A stretch of 63,235 nt of DNA, filler included, from Vannella sp. (taxonomy: Eukaryota), in NCBI GenBank assembly GCA_023345925.1. It is 7 parts of 7 records of this genome, joined end to end, with 100 filler letters (N's around TTAATTAATTAA, not from the genome) between each part and the next. Parts side by side here need not be neighbours in the genome. Positions count along the whole stretch, not along the records: positions 23,980 to 41,239 come from JAJQQN010000218.1; positions 41,340 to 50,224 come from JAJQQN010001021.1; 5 more parts are not named here. The stretch is one strand, 5' to 3'. Shown here piece by piece: positions 31,142 to 43,892 of the stretch. The number at the start of each line of letters is the position of its first letter. The stretch's first letter is position 1. A program made the position numbers and the translations under genes. The notes beneath the pieces were generated by a model, which saw only the letters and a program-made list of their open reading frames with translations, made no database searches and was not told where the DNA came from.

Positions 31142-34100
31142 TTACATCAAAGAGCAGGAGCAACCGCACATTCGACTGTCCTCTTTGTCACGGCGACCTC
31201 CACGAGTTGGTTTGCCCATGATGAGAGGAATACGCTCTCCTGAATCTTGGCCTTCGAAGCTTGCCAAGCTCGAGGTAGAAGGAGTTCGTTTTGGCGTTGA
31301 AAATCCAATCTCGGTTTCTGGTGTTCCCAAACTCCATCGTCCCGAACTGGACAGCGGAGGCATTGAAGATGAAAAGTCTTTGAGAGAGACAGGTTGATCT
31401 GATGAGACCATTGCGGGGCTGCCCAACGGGGGATTCACAGAATTCCGTTCCTCCATTTCCTTTTCCTTTTCCTTCTTCTCTTCTGGATAGAAGCGAGGGT
31501 CCTCTATCAAATGGTAATACAATTGGGCTTCTGGTGTTGCTTGGCTACTTGCCAAACGTGCCCGAACGGCGTCGCGAATGTCAACAGCGACTTCATACCG
31601 AGCGTCGAATGATATTCGCGCGCCGTTATGCCTCTCTACTCGGACACTTCCCTCTTTCGTGGGAGTACCGAAAATAGAAACCTTCTTCACATCTGATTCC
31701 TTTGATTAGAGACCCTGAAGGATGTAAATGAACTCTCTTACCGCGCAATTCAATCATCCAGGTCTTTTTCAGAGACGCAGCCTGCTTGGGAAAACAGAAG
31801 AGGCATTGGTCTGATAAAAGAACGAAGTTATCGCCGTCTGTGGGCCAGGCTGCTAGGAAGAAGTGCCTTTCGTAGTTTCCATCTTCTATAGTCCTCAACA
31901 GTAATTGGAGGTTACTTTCCCGAATAGGAGCCGGCCTGAGAGCGCCGTCAGGTCCAAAAAATCGAGGCGCTCGGCGCCTGTCGGCTACAATGAGACTGCT
32001 GGCCGAATTTTTGATTCCCTCGGTCGTGTCGGTGATCAAATCCACCACACCTACTGCAGGTCGTAAGAGGAGTCCTGAGATTCCTTTGCCTACACCCTTT
32101 GCTAGTCCAGCTCCTCCCTCAGAAGCCAGGCCTTTGATGGGCTGCGAAACAACTCCAGTTACTCCATCAAAGATTCCCGCTCCTAATCGGCGGAAGCCAC
32201 TGCTTAATCCTTCTCCAACACCTGTCAATTGGCCTCTTCCCTTTCGAGCGCGAGTTCTTTGCCATTCGTCATCTAAAGAGATAGTTGTGGCAGCCTTTGA
32301 GATGGAGCCACTTATTTTTGATGCAGAGTTAAAGATACCAAAAACAGAGTTCTTGACGAGACTCTCCGTGCCACGCGCAAGTCCAGCAGCAAACTCTCGT
32401 GGATTCGCCACATTCCCTTCAACTGGTTCATGGAAGAAATCATACACTCCTGTTCCTAGCGAAGATACCAGAGAGACTGGACTGCCGAGTATATCAACAG
32501 CACCTAAAATCTTGTAGGTCTCTGCCATCATCTGAATCGTGTAATGTTTGGCTATGCGACTTATCAAGTCACTTTGAGAGCCCATTGGATGCTCTAAGAT
32601 GAGCCCATTAAGTCTCAAAGGAGCTCCATCAATATTGGCAAGGAATCCCCCTGCTCTCAAGCTTCGCTCAAGAACAGTTTGAGGAGCAGCTGCACCAATT
32701 CCAGCGTTTGCGCCAGAGCTTGTGCAGAACGACAGATTAATGCGAATCGGGTTGATATGGAACAACTCAAAGTACAAAGCTGTCCCAGAATGAGGCTCAT
32801 AGACGCTGGCATCTGCTTCGTATGTTGGTGGGCAGAGGAACAGCTTAGCTACCTCATTAGCTGGTCTCCGAGCAGCCATCCAAGAAGTGAGAGAGTCGCT
32901 GAAGCGAAGTAGTTTGAGTAAACAATCCTCATCTACCTTCACATTGAGCTCTTGGAACCGAACCGCAAAGTACGGAATGTATCGCAAATGCGTGTAACGC
33001 GTTGAGCGAAGAACACTGATTTGGAAGAATGGATCCCCTTTGGGGACCGGAGGGGAATAGAGCATGAGAGGGTAAGGAGTTGTGAGGAGTTGGTTGTCAA
33101 TCTGGAAGGCGCGAATGCTTAATTGGAGTGACTGGCTCTCCTCCCCAAACACTGCGAGCATGTGGAACTCGTCCATCGTAAGGAGGAGGAGCTCAGCAGG
33201 TGTTTCATCAACAACAGAGATTTCAAGAGCGGCGAGTTCTAAGCCGATTGTCATCTGCGGATGGCCAACCTGCTTACTCTCATCCAATTGGTGGGAGCTC
33301 TCTTGCAACGCTACGTCGTTCTCGAGACTCAAACGGACATGTTGCTCTTCAGGGTCAGGATGGGAGCTGTCTTGCGGTGTGGACACATCTCGGATAGTCA
33401 GGATCTTTTTCAGGCCATCCGCAGTTGCCTCAAAAAAGAGCGTGTGAGTTTGGGCCTCATCGTCTTGCCAAGTGAGAGGCGCGTAGGTTCGTAACTTATC
33501 TAGAGCCACCAAGAAAGACGCCTGGGTATTGGCAATGCTTAAGTGGAGGCGCTTCTTAGTGGCAAGCGGGACACACCATGCATAAGGCTTCTTATCTCCT
33601 GGAGACAGAAGGATTCTTTCCGGTGTTGTTTGTTGTCCCACGTTGAGGGGCCATTTGGATTGATTATCAAGAAGGTAGTCAGGCTCATCATTGGCGGTGT
33701 CCCAAAAGGTCACAATTATGCCCGACGCTGCGGCGTTGACTTTGACGCGGAGGCGAGGAATCTGTTCGTTGTCTAGTTTCTGAACGCCAAGGGGCAGTTG
33801 GAATGATGCAGCCGCCTCTAAGAAAAAGGGGGAAGACCAAGGGTGCCTGGCGTCTTCGTTGACTTGCCAAGGGCGAATCTGCATCTGATGGCCAGCTCTC
33901 CATTGGAAGATGTGGAAAGTGACTTGCCTTCCAGCTGGAACATCTACTCGAGATGATGTGACTAGATATTGCCTGCAGGAGATTGGCATAGAGGACTGAT
34001 TGATGAGCAGAGTGTATGGTCGAATAAAGACAGCGGCTGTCCGCCAGAAGATTCCGGGGGCTGTTTCCATGCTCCAGCCATACTGGAAGCAGGCTGTGTT

Positions 34101-37100
34101 CGGAGTAGAGCTGTTGCTTGTGGTTGTTATGTTGCTTGCTCGTTCGTTCAGGCAAATGACGCCTCCAGCACGTTGTAACGTGACTTCTTTTGACCACTCG
34201 GAAGGATTGCAACGCACCAATATCTCTCGTTCTGCGTACATTACTGGCTTGGTGAAGATACCGCCTGTTCCTGACAATAGACTTTCCCAATCCTCTGGAG
34301 AACCTGGGCACTCAAACAAGGGGGAGGCTGCCGTCACCACTGACGATTCTACTGACACTAATTTGGCAGTTTGAGTGAGCATCTTTGAAGGTTGTCTATA
34401 GAAGAGTTTCGTTCCCGTTTGATTAATCAACCAATAAGGGACAAAGAGCGTCGCAGCTCGAGCGCCAATGGGACTTATCTCTGCCTGCAAGAAGATTCGA
34501 GTCGACTCCCCTTGCCCGTTGTTGAGGAGCATTACGGATCTGTTAGAAGGGCCCACTTTCTTAGATTCTCCCCACTCGTACCCAGGCAGTTGAATAGAAA
34601 GGAGTGGCCGATGGTCAGAGAGTACTTTGAAGATTTCGCTGGTGGCACCGGCAGCCAGTTCGCCATCTGTCAGCTTGGAACCGTTGGACTGCTTAATCTG
34701 GTAACCAATGCGACATGGAAGAGCGTTTTCCAGACGGAAAGGAGGTTGGATGACTATTTCGACGGCTTGAAGGCCAGGCTTCAAAGCCAAGCCATATTGT
34801 CGGGAGATTGGCCCGCGTCGCTCCACTGCATATAGCCAATGAACGGAATGCTCTCCTTTCAGGGAGTTTGAAGGGCGGCAGGCCAAGGAAGTGGGAGCCT
34901 TTTCCGCCATCATCTCTCCACAACAGTGCATTTGTTCGATGGACCAATCGTACTCGGAATTAGCCGGACGGACTCGCAAAAAGCCGTCAACTGTATAGCG
35001 AAGTGGAATAGCAACAACACCTCCAGCAGCCAAGAGATCCATCTCAAGAAGTGGCAAAGTCTCTCCACTAACTTGAATCTGCAAAGAATGAGACGTTTGA
35101 TTGCGGATTAGAACGTCAGAGCCAAAACAAAGGACGCGTGTCCCTTCCTCATATATAACGTGATAATACAGCCGAATATCAGGATGGCGCGGACCCAATT
35201 CCGAAAGGAGATAGAAAGCTGCTTTGTGGAAAAGGAGGTTGTGAATGGGAGAAAACTCTCCAGAGCCTAGCTGAATACTCAAGAGAGGTTCATTCGCTGC
35301 AGGATCAACTTCAGATTCCTCGTTGATCATTTGAGCGAGATGCATGCTGAAGCGCTTTCGTTGCTCCACTTCGATTTCATCAAGAAGAAGAGGTTGCTCC
35401 TGTCCTGTATTCACTCGATGGCGATTCCGTTGCCCTGTGAGCCAGTATGTGAGTGGGAATCCTGTTTCGTTCCGCAAAACGAAGGGATGGAGGGTGACTG
35501 CTTCCCCTTCATTAGCCTGCGCAGAAGCGCTATCTCGCTCCCATTGCTCAAGAGAAAGAAGAACACTTTCAACAAATTTCTTGGTCAAGTTCAGACGGAA
35601 AGTCTCTGCTGAGCCAAGTTTCAACTGTAATTCAGCCCCTGGTGGACGACCCATACTTGCGTAAAAGTCCCACGGCTCCACCATCGGCTCAAAGCAATTC
35701 AGTTGACTGTTATAGTAGTGAAGCTGCAACTGAGATAATGTAAACGCTCCAGTCATCCCTCCCTCTGCGCCGCTAGACCAGTTGGAGACAACAGTAGTGA
35801 AGTCCTGGAAAAGCAAAGTCATCAAAGGCGTCTGAATGCCTTCTGCTCCTCCCATATCGTTTAAAAAGACGATGCTGACACTATGCCACTGGACCTTAGC
35901 AGTTTGCTCTAAAGTACTCACTACAATAGCTGCAGCAGATGGAGTAGATCCCTCAGTTGGGATGTCCGGTTTGGTATCTGTTGTTACAGGGGCAGGAAGA
36001 GCCAGCTCTTCAGCAGGCGGAGAAGCCCATTGATCTCGTAATTGAAGGAAGAGTCGAATATCTGAGAAGGCAACACTCAACTGGATTGGGTCAACCTCAA
36101 CAGAAATAGAAAGCTGCTGGTCCGGAATGCTTGAGTAATGAAACCAAACAGAAAAAGGAGGGAGAATATCGACCGGCGCGGCAGCTTTAGGACCAAGTCG
36201 GGCTTTGTAAATTTGAATATCTGAAACAGACACTTGGACGTGCTGGCGTCCTTCAAGAAGAGAGACTTCAATAAGAAAACTTTCCTTCATAATCAGGACC
36301 CGAGAGTCCGCCTTTTCTGGGCGTTCAATAAGGCAAAGCTCGGGTTCAAGGATCTCAACTTTGATCCTCAAGCCCACTGCCTCCAAGCTACTTCTCATAG
36401 TCCCAGATTCCAATGCGTTTGTACTTCCATCTTCAATTTCAGTATCATTTGGCGTGGGCTGTAGTGTGAGAGGGTCAATGGGCTTCAAAGCAGCCATACT
36501 CTCCATGATCCTGCCGTAGGTCGCATTAATCTCACGGAAGAAGGAAGGCACCAACAGGAACCTGGGAGCTCGCATTATCACTCCCAAGTCTTGGTGTCCG
36601 TCCTGTTGCTTGATGTAAGTGACACTTAAGAGAGGGCCTGCGTCTTGTGAGCCTCCAAGCGGTGCAAGGAAACTTTTGTGAGCGGACAAGGAGTGAGAGC
36701 GAGTGTCAATTAAAGTGACCCGCTTGACACTCAAGCGGACTTCCATTTTCCCATCTTTGTTGGAACTGGCAGCTAAGCCGAAAGACTCAATCGCGAACTG
36801 TCCAACAGATGAAGACGCCGGGCGGACTCCGCTGGCTGATCCTTTGGGAAGCGCACGGAAGCCATTCCCATCGAAGAGCTCCAAAGACACTCGCTTGAGG
36901 TCGAGCTGCACTTGCCAAGAGCTGCTTTGTGGGAGTTCTTCAGGGGGTACAGAGACAATTGCAGCTGCAGCAATGAGCTCCGTCTTTGCTGAAGCGATCT
37001 CTTCGTTCAGTTTCTGTTGAAGAGCAGACGAAGCTGAAACAGGAACCTCTGCCATGTTTCCATAGAGGACTGCAAACATCAACTCCGCTTGTTCTTCGCT

Positions 37101-40100
37101 CACGCCAATCGCAACATCAGCTACAGTAACCGTCACTGCAGAAGCTGGGCGGAGCGCTTTGAGGTTTTCGCTAAGGGGGCGAAGAACAGATACTTCAATA
37201 GTCGAGTCAGGGATGACCGCACGGCGCGTTGGCGCGGCTTTCGATTTCCGAGGGCGTTTCGATGTGGAATCCTGGAGGGGAGGGTGGACAACACTGAAGA
37301 GTCCCAAAGACGAGATGGACACTCGAATGGTATCTAAAAGATCTCCAGGCCCAGTTGCTTCAATCTGATTGTGGACCGCAATGTCTCCCAAGCACCCAAG
37401 CATATGATCTAGACTATTAGAGGAGCGAGGCACCACAATTTGGGGGTTGGCAATGCTGATATCAAAGATAATGACTTGTGTGATCTCTTTCGCTTGCTGT
37501 GCAGCTCGCTCTTTCGCGCGATTGGCAGTGGCGGAGAGGAGCGCCTGCATTTGAGTAAATTCACTAAAGTAGTTAGCCACTCGACGTGTGAATCGAGTGA
37601 GATAGACTGCACGAATTGTACTCATTTCCACTGTGATAATAATCTTTCCAGAGTCTCCCTCGTTTGCAGGTTGGATGGTTTCGAACCAAAAGTCGAGAAT
37701 CTTGTCGCTGTCCATCCGAATGATTTCTCGCCACACTGTATCAGTTGATAGGTCCTCTATTGAGACATAACCGACTGTTCCGCTCAGCTTGTACTCTCCA
37801 TTGGAGTAGACCTCTGCCTTGACATGTGATTCGTGCAATGCAGAATGAACAAAAGGTTGGCCATCTACAAGCAAGCGCAATGTGACTCTGCTAACCGAAG
37901 TCTCAGCTTTTAACTTGATGGTCTTTCGACTAGACTCTGCTGCAGCAGGGACAGGAGCCTGAGTTAACACCGGAGATGCAGTCAAAAGGGCCTCGTTTTG
38001 CGTCAGTGCCGGGACTGAAGCTGGATTTAAAGGAGTTGGTGACTCGGCAGCAGCAGCACAGTTTTTCAGAAATTGAATCGCTTGGACGAGTGTTTCGCGG
38101 TTGATTGTGACATCTAATTGGTGAAGAGAGAGGTTCAAGGCATTCTCAACGCCTTTGAACGATGAGACTGAAGAGAGCACATTGATATAGTGAATAGAAA
38201 CTAAATGCTCTCCCCCTGCAGAAGTGTTGTTAGCTGAAGTAATGATGTAGCGGAATGGTGATGCAGTTGGCTGCAACTTGTCCTCAATAAAGAAAGTGTT
38301 AAGCTGCAAAGCAACCTCGAGGTCATGTGTACTCTTGGACGATTTCAATTCAAAATCCTGGAGAGACATGAGAAGCATGTCAGATTCCCCGTCATGGAAG
38401 AGAAGTGACACGTCTCCAAAGTAGAAGGTTGAGACTAACTGCATAGCTCTCACGTCAGATGCATCCTTTTTAGCGTCTTCTTCGCTTTTCGCTGCTGAAA
38501 GTGTGCCAGGAGTATTTGGGGAATCCAGAGCTCTGGTATTAACGGTAGTATCAACAGGTACAGGGGTTGACTTGGCAAATGAAGCAGTTATAAAGACCAG
38601 CTGCCCCAATTTCGTTGGGGAAACGAGTGCCAAGAAAGATGGAAATTCAGCTCGGAACCGCAACTTTGGAAGTGAAGGTTGTGAGATAATACAAACGCTC
38701 ATCTTCAGGAGGATGTCAAAGTCTGATAAAAGAGAACTTGATTTGTCGCGAACGGTGATGTCAGAACGATTGCGGGGCACAATAGAGGCATGGACATCAT
38801 TGACAGATAGTTCAAAGTGGTCGTAGAAATCGTCTTCTGCGACGCCTTCGAGATCACCTCCAGGTGGTAGAACTCGACGGCTCTCTAAAGCAGAGCGGAA
38901 AGAGAATCTGCCGAGTTCAAGGACTAATGTTGGGGCGGTAGCAGATGTGAATGTTGCTGGGATCACTAAACGCGGTGCGAGAATATCAATTTGAAGATCA
39001 AGGCGTTTGTGATGATCCAGCGCACTTTGCAGTTGAAGCTCGGCGCTCTTGCGAACACTGGCCCAATTCTCTTCGGCTGCCTGTTTGAGCTGTGTGGCAG
39101 CTCCACCGTGCTCAAAGAAACGCTGCAATCCGTCAATAATGTCTCTACTACAAGTAATTGTTAAAGGCTGGAGAGCTTCCACACAAACACGGACATCTGC
39201 TTCGCCATCCAATGGGTTTTGATCAAATGCCAAGGTCAAGAAAGAAGCTGTGGTATTGCCTTCCCCAGATGCGCTGGCTCCCAACATCTCCACGGTTTGA
39301 TTGGAGGCAATGAGGGTCAAGAAGTCCTGTAATCCCACAGACTTGATATCAGCAGACACTGACAGCGATGTTGGACGCTGAGTTAGATCAGTAGTGAACC
39401 CTTCCATCTGCCAGCTCATCAAGCGGCCAGGTTCTCCAATTTTTCCACCGGGAATGGGGGCAAGTAGGTCCAAAGCAACCTGCTCAATACTCAACATCAT
39501 TCGCATCTTCTCATACTCAGCAGGGACGTCTCCTGTTGAGTGAGCGGCAGCGCCATCAGCATCATCTCCGAGGAAGTTAGCCTCTTGATACATTCGATGC
39601 CATTGTGTGGCAGTGTAATTCACAGGAACCTCTGATGCAGTGGTATTTGCAGGTGTAGTAGCAGCTGGTGCGCTGCCCCAGGCCCAAGATAGCCATCCAG
39701 CAGAAGCATTCTCAGGTGCAATGTGAACCGGATTAATATTGAGCTTATCAGCAGCCCGAGCAAGAGATCTAAAACTCAAAGCGTCTTCGAATGGTAAGCT
39801 TTCCTCCAGTTTTTGGATGGAAGCCACCAACTCTTCAGGGAGTTTGACTTTCTGAGCCAACAATGCCGCGCGCTTCCTCCATAATTGGATGTATCTGAGA
39901 CGCCGACGCCGATGTTGCTTGATACTACTCCAGCTCCATTCCTTCCTTTTCTCTGCCTCTTCTGTTCTCCTTCCTTTGAGGGCGAACCGCCACCAATCCA
40001 AGGGATTCTCTCGAGGAGCGCCGACACCCCGTGGGCGAAGTGTATGGAACTTGATACCCCGAGAGTAGAAAGTGAGGTAATCTGAGAAGTAAAGGAGCTG

Positions 40101-40970
40101 CTTCCATTGACGCTCCCGCAAAGACACTCGGAACTGCTGGAAGACTGCGGAAATAAGCAGTTTGGGGTGTACTAGACTTGATGTTGGTCCACCACGACAG
40201 ACAGTCAGCTCAACAGACCCGCAAACGGGCTGGAGAAGGTAACTGTGGAGCGGGGGAGCCTTCCCGTCTCGGTAGATCAGCCCTCGCATGAACTTGCTCA
40301 GTGCTGCGGGGGAGCTGAAGGCCAAACTAGGTAAGGCACTGTCCCAGTAGAGTGAGAGGTTGCGTAGCTGTGATGTGAAGCGTTGAAGGAGATCATCGGG
40401 ACCTTCTCCAGGAGTTGTACGAGCACTAAAGGACTCCAAAGTCGCACCCAAAGCAAAGGAGCTACCAGGATTGGAGACGTCATCCTCGTAGCGGATGTGA
40501 ACGTGGCGCACTTCCACCTCAAACAAGGAAGTAGCGGAGTCGATCAGGCGCTGGGCATAGCCTTTGCCTCCCGTCGTCTTCTGCGTCGCTTCTTCTTCTA
40601 GTTCTTGAGCCAGAGCCTCTGCAACAGCTAAGCGTCGCTTCTTGGAGGCCAGAGCCTGTCGTGCGACGTGTTCGGGGTCAAAGTCAGCGGGCTGTGTGGG
40701 ATGGGCGAGGAGGAAGACGTCCTCAATGACGATGCGAACGGGCTGTTTGCCGAGATTCTTCCAAGGGATGTCCAGAATCAGCTTCCCCAAGAAGCCGTGA
40801 AGGATGGCGACGGGAAGGTGAGGCTGAGTGAAGGCATCCTTCCGCAACTGCAAGTTCTCCAACACCAGGTGCCCTCCCAACAGATTGACCTCCAAGTTGC
40901 GACTCTCCAGCCCCTCTACATACTCTCCCAGATAACGGGAGAGAAGGGAGCTGACGACCTTCTCCAACAT
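31142..40970 (-). CDS. VPS13: VPS13-family lipid transfer protein
   Basis: Chorein-N MLEKVVSSLLSRYLGEYVEGL; APT1/ATG2_C-like C-terminus (ILGSPVSLVSSLGTGVYDFFHEP, GVGKGISG); 49-nt intron ~31693-31741 joins the last exon. Confidence 0.96.
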
Positions 40971-41015
40971 CCTTCGCGCAGGGACGTCACGTGACTGTCC
41001 AATTTTTCTTTCCCC

Positions 41016-41239
41016 TGACAATTAGAAGCCGGGATCTTGTAATCTTTTAGCTTCCATTCAGGAACCTCCACGGGAACAAATGGTGGCTGGGAAATGCGAG
41101 AGGAAATGCGAGGGGAAATGCGAGGGGAAATGCGAGGGGAAATGCGGGGATTCACTCATTTTCTCATGGCACCATTTGTTCCCATGGAGGTTCCTGAATG
41201 GAAGCTAAAAGATTACAAGATCCCGGCTTCTAATTGTCA
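41016..41239. mobile_element. MITE-like inverted repeat with internal 12-bp tandem array
   Basis: 70-bp arms 41016-41085 and 41170-41239 (one mismatch) around five copies of gggaaatgcgag (41089-41148); ends at the contig break. Confidence 0.6.
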
Positions 41240-41339
41240 NNNNNNNNNNNNNNNNNNNNNNNNNNNNNNNNNNNNNNNNNNNNTTAATTAATTAANNNNN
41301 NNNNNNNNNNNNNNNNNNNNNNNNNNNNNNNNNNNNNNN
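41240..41339. other. Artificial contig linker
   Basis: 44N-TTAATTAATTAA-44N. Confidence 0.97.
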
Positions 41340-41521
41340 TTTGAGGTTGGCAGGGCGGTTGATTATCACCACCTTCCCCGATGGGCTGGGTTGGCTATGA
41401 GACACTGCATTGTAGAAGGTACACACTGTAAGCTATCAGCCGATAATTCCGTCAAATTCCAGTACATCGGATTTTCCCGCCTTCATTTCCCTTACACTTC
41501 CCCTCATTTTCTCTCCTTCTC

Positions 41522-42498
41522 ATGAGGACCAGACCTGTAGAGAACCCGCCTGTTCCTTCAGAGTGTGAAAGTGTCAACCAATCGCAGTGCAGAGGGGAAG
41601 CTGGGCCCAAACTTGAGGTTGGTTTGGTGGATGGCGCTCGAAATGAGGAGTGGAGTGCTTCGGATGAACAAAAGCTTCAAGAGTTCATACTCTCGAAAGG
41701 AATGGTGATTGTGCCGATGGAAGGTGATGGAAACTGCATGTTCCGTGCAATAGGTAATCTCTTAACCACTCTTGGAGCTCATTAACCCGGCATTAGCCCA
41801 CCAGATCTACGGGGACCAAGACATGCATGATCAGATACGCCATCTGACGATGGATTTCATACAATTAGAGCGAGAGCACTACTCTGACTACGTGTTAGGA
41901 GACTTTGATCAGTACGTTGCCCGTAAACGACTGAATCGTTGTCATGGAGACAGCTTAGAGTTACAAGCGATCTCTGAGCTGTTTAGCCGCCCTGTGGAAG
42001 TCTATTCTAATGGTCAAGAGCCGCTTAACACATTCCACGCTGAGTTTGGGAGTGCAATAGCCCTGCGAGTGAGCTATCACAACCGAAACCATTACAATGC
42101 CGTCATTGACCCTCAGAATCCCACTTGTGGAGTCGGCTTGGGGTTACCAGGAAGTGACCCACAGGTAGGAGGCCCATTGCTAAGGTATTCCTAGTATTGA
42201 AGTGAATCAGACTCTTCAGCATGTTCAAATAGAGGAAGCAGTTCGTGCTTCAGAAGAAGAGCTGGTTGAGGAGACAAAGAGAGCTTCAGAGTTGGAGCTT
42301 TTGGACCAAGTGAGTTGAACCTGACTCTAAAGTGACAGTAATCTCACTTGCAGGAAGGCAATCGCTCAGTCCCTCCAAGAGAACGCACACTCGGACATCC
42401 AAAAGACCGAGTCAGACTGGGAAAGTCAAATAGTTGCTCAGTCTCGTGCGGAATATTGGGCGAGTTTATTCTCTTCTGCAACCAAATCCGACCTGTAA
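41522..42498 (+). CDS. OTU-domain deubiquitinase (OTUD5-like), multi-exon
   Basis: GDGNCMFRAI|AHQIYGDQDMH; VSYHNRNHYNAV; UIM-like C-terminal exons. Confidence 0.9.
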
Positions 42499-42588
42499 AC
42501 AGTATATTCCTGTCTAACAATCTTCCTCTTGGACGGTCGAGGGTTCTTCAGCCTGCTGTCTTGTAGTCTGGAGTTCTACAGTCTGAAT

Positions 42589-43813
42589 TTACTCTTGTAA
42601 TTCTTTCAATTCAGCAGACAGCAACTGAGGCTCTGCATTCTGGGACTCTGGTGCATCCTGGGGTATTGCAGTCAAGGTCCGCGGAAGAAGTCGTTTCTGG
42701 AGGAGAGGCAAATAGGAGGAGAGATTACCTCGGAGGAAGACCGTCTCACCTCCTCTCACTGCGACACCAGCAGACTTGTTGAATTTGAGTTTGCTCCCAC
42801 AGTGTTCCGTAAGTCGACTTTTGATGACACTGAATTGTGCCTGATACAGACTAATAACAATATAACGACGCGTCGATGCGTTTCCTTGGGTGAAGTCTGA
42901 TGTTGGTGACCATTTGATGTCTTCCCCATGTCGTATCTGTGAAGCAAAAAATGAAGGAGCCGTTGTCAAGGAAAGGATCAGCCAAAGCCCTTCTGGTGCT
43001 TCCTCTAGGAGCATAAATTCAGAGACCGATGTGGACGGAATCGACATCTTCAACGCTGTGTTCACTGACTCTGCAAGAATCGCTCTTCGGCAGTCCTCAA
43101 GACAAAGATTGATAATGTCTGACCCTTCATCAAAGTGCAAAGTGGCATCAACAGAAGTAGTAGCTGTCTGGCTCCATTGCCCCACTGTGATATTTGTCAC
43201 TTGAAAGATCTGAGAATGGTTGTTGTACAAAGAGAGATAAACCTTCCCACATGGCAAGTCATTCAGACAGGGTTCTTCCAACGGAAAGTCCATAAATGAC
43301 TCGTACAGAGACTCTTGATCCTTTCCATCGAGAGAGGAGCTCGTCGAAGTGCTATGAATGTCCAACAACGAGGAGCAAGGCCCAGGAAAAGCTGGTGGGC
43401 GAGTTTGGAACTTTGTGAGTCTGTCTGCTGTTAGAGGAAGGACCCTCCTTTGTTGTTTCTCCTTCCTTGGTTCGGGGGGAGGGTGCTTCTTCTTCATATG
43501 CAATCGTAAGGCGCTTCCTGATCCATAGGAACGTTGGCAATCTCTGGCAGAGCATCGGAATACGCGTTCCACTTCATAAGCCCTTCGTCTTGATCTCTAG
43601 AGCACTACCTTTAAGGACATACGCACCGAGAGACGACCAGCGACCTACTTTTTGAATAGAAGACTCCAACGTCAGTTCCTCCCACTGCAAAGGCACCTTC
43701 CTCCCATCAGATCCCTCCTCAAGCATAACACCATTCTCTCCTACCTTCTCCTTCCCCCTCTGTGGCTCCTTCCCCTCCCGGCTGCTCGTCAAAGGTGCAA
43801 GCAAAGCCGCCAT
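42589..43813 (-). CDS. C2H2 zinc-finger protein with HOY1/TRF2-type PH-like domain
   Basis: Spliced RSRRRAYEVERVFRCSARDCQRSYGSGSALRLHMKKKH; C-terminal ITVGQW...P.FF...WSPTSDFTQGNAS. Confidence 0.8.
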
Positions 43814-43892
43814 CCCTTCTTGGCCCCAAAATAATGAATTCTCCCAAAATCAAATTATTCTCATACAGCCACTTTTTAATAAGCGGGTGGGA

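Noticed and set aside
40916..41291. Mirror ORFs sharing PFVPxEVPEWKLKDYKIPASNC
   Set aside because: By-product of the inverted repeat.
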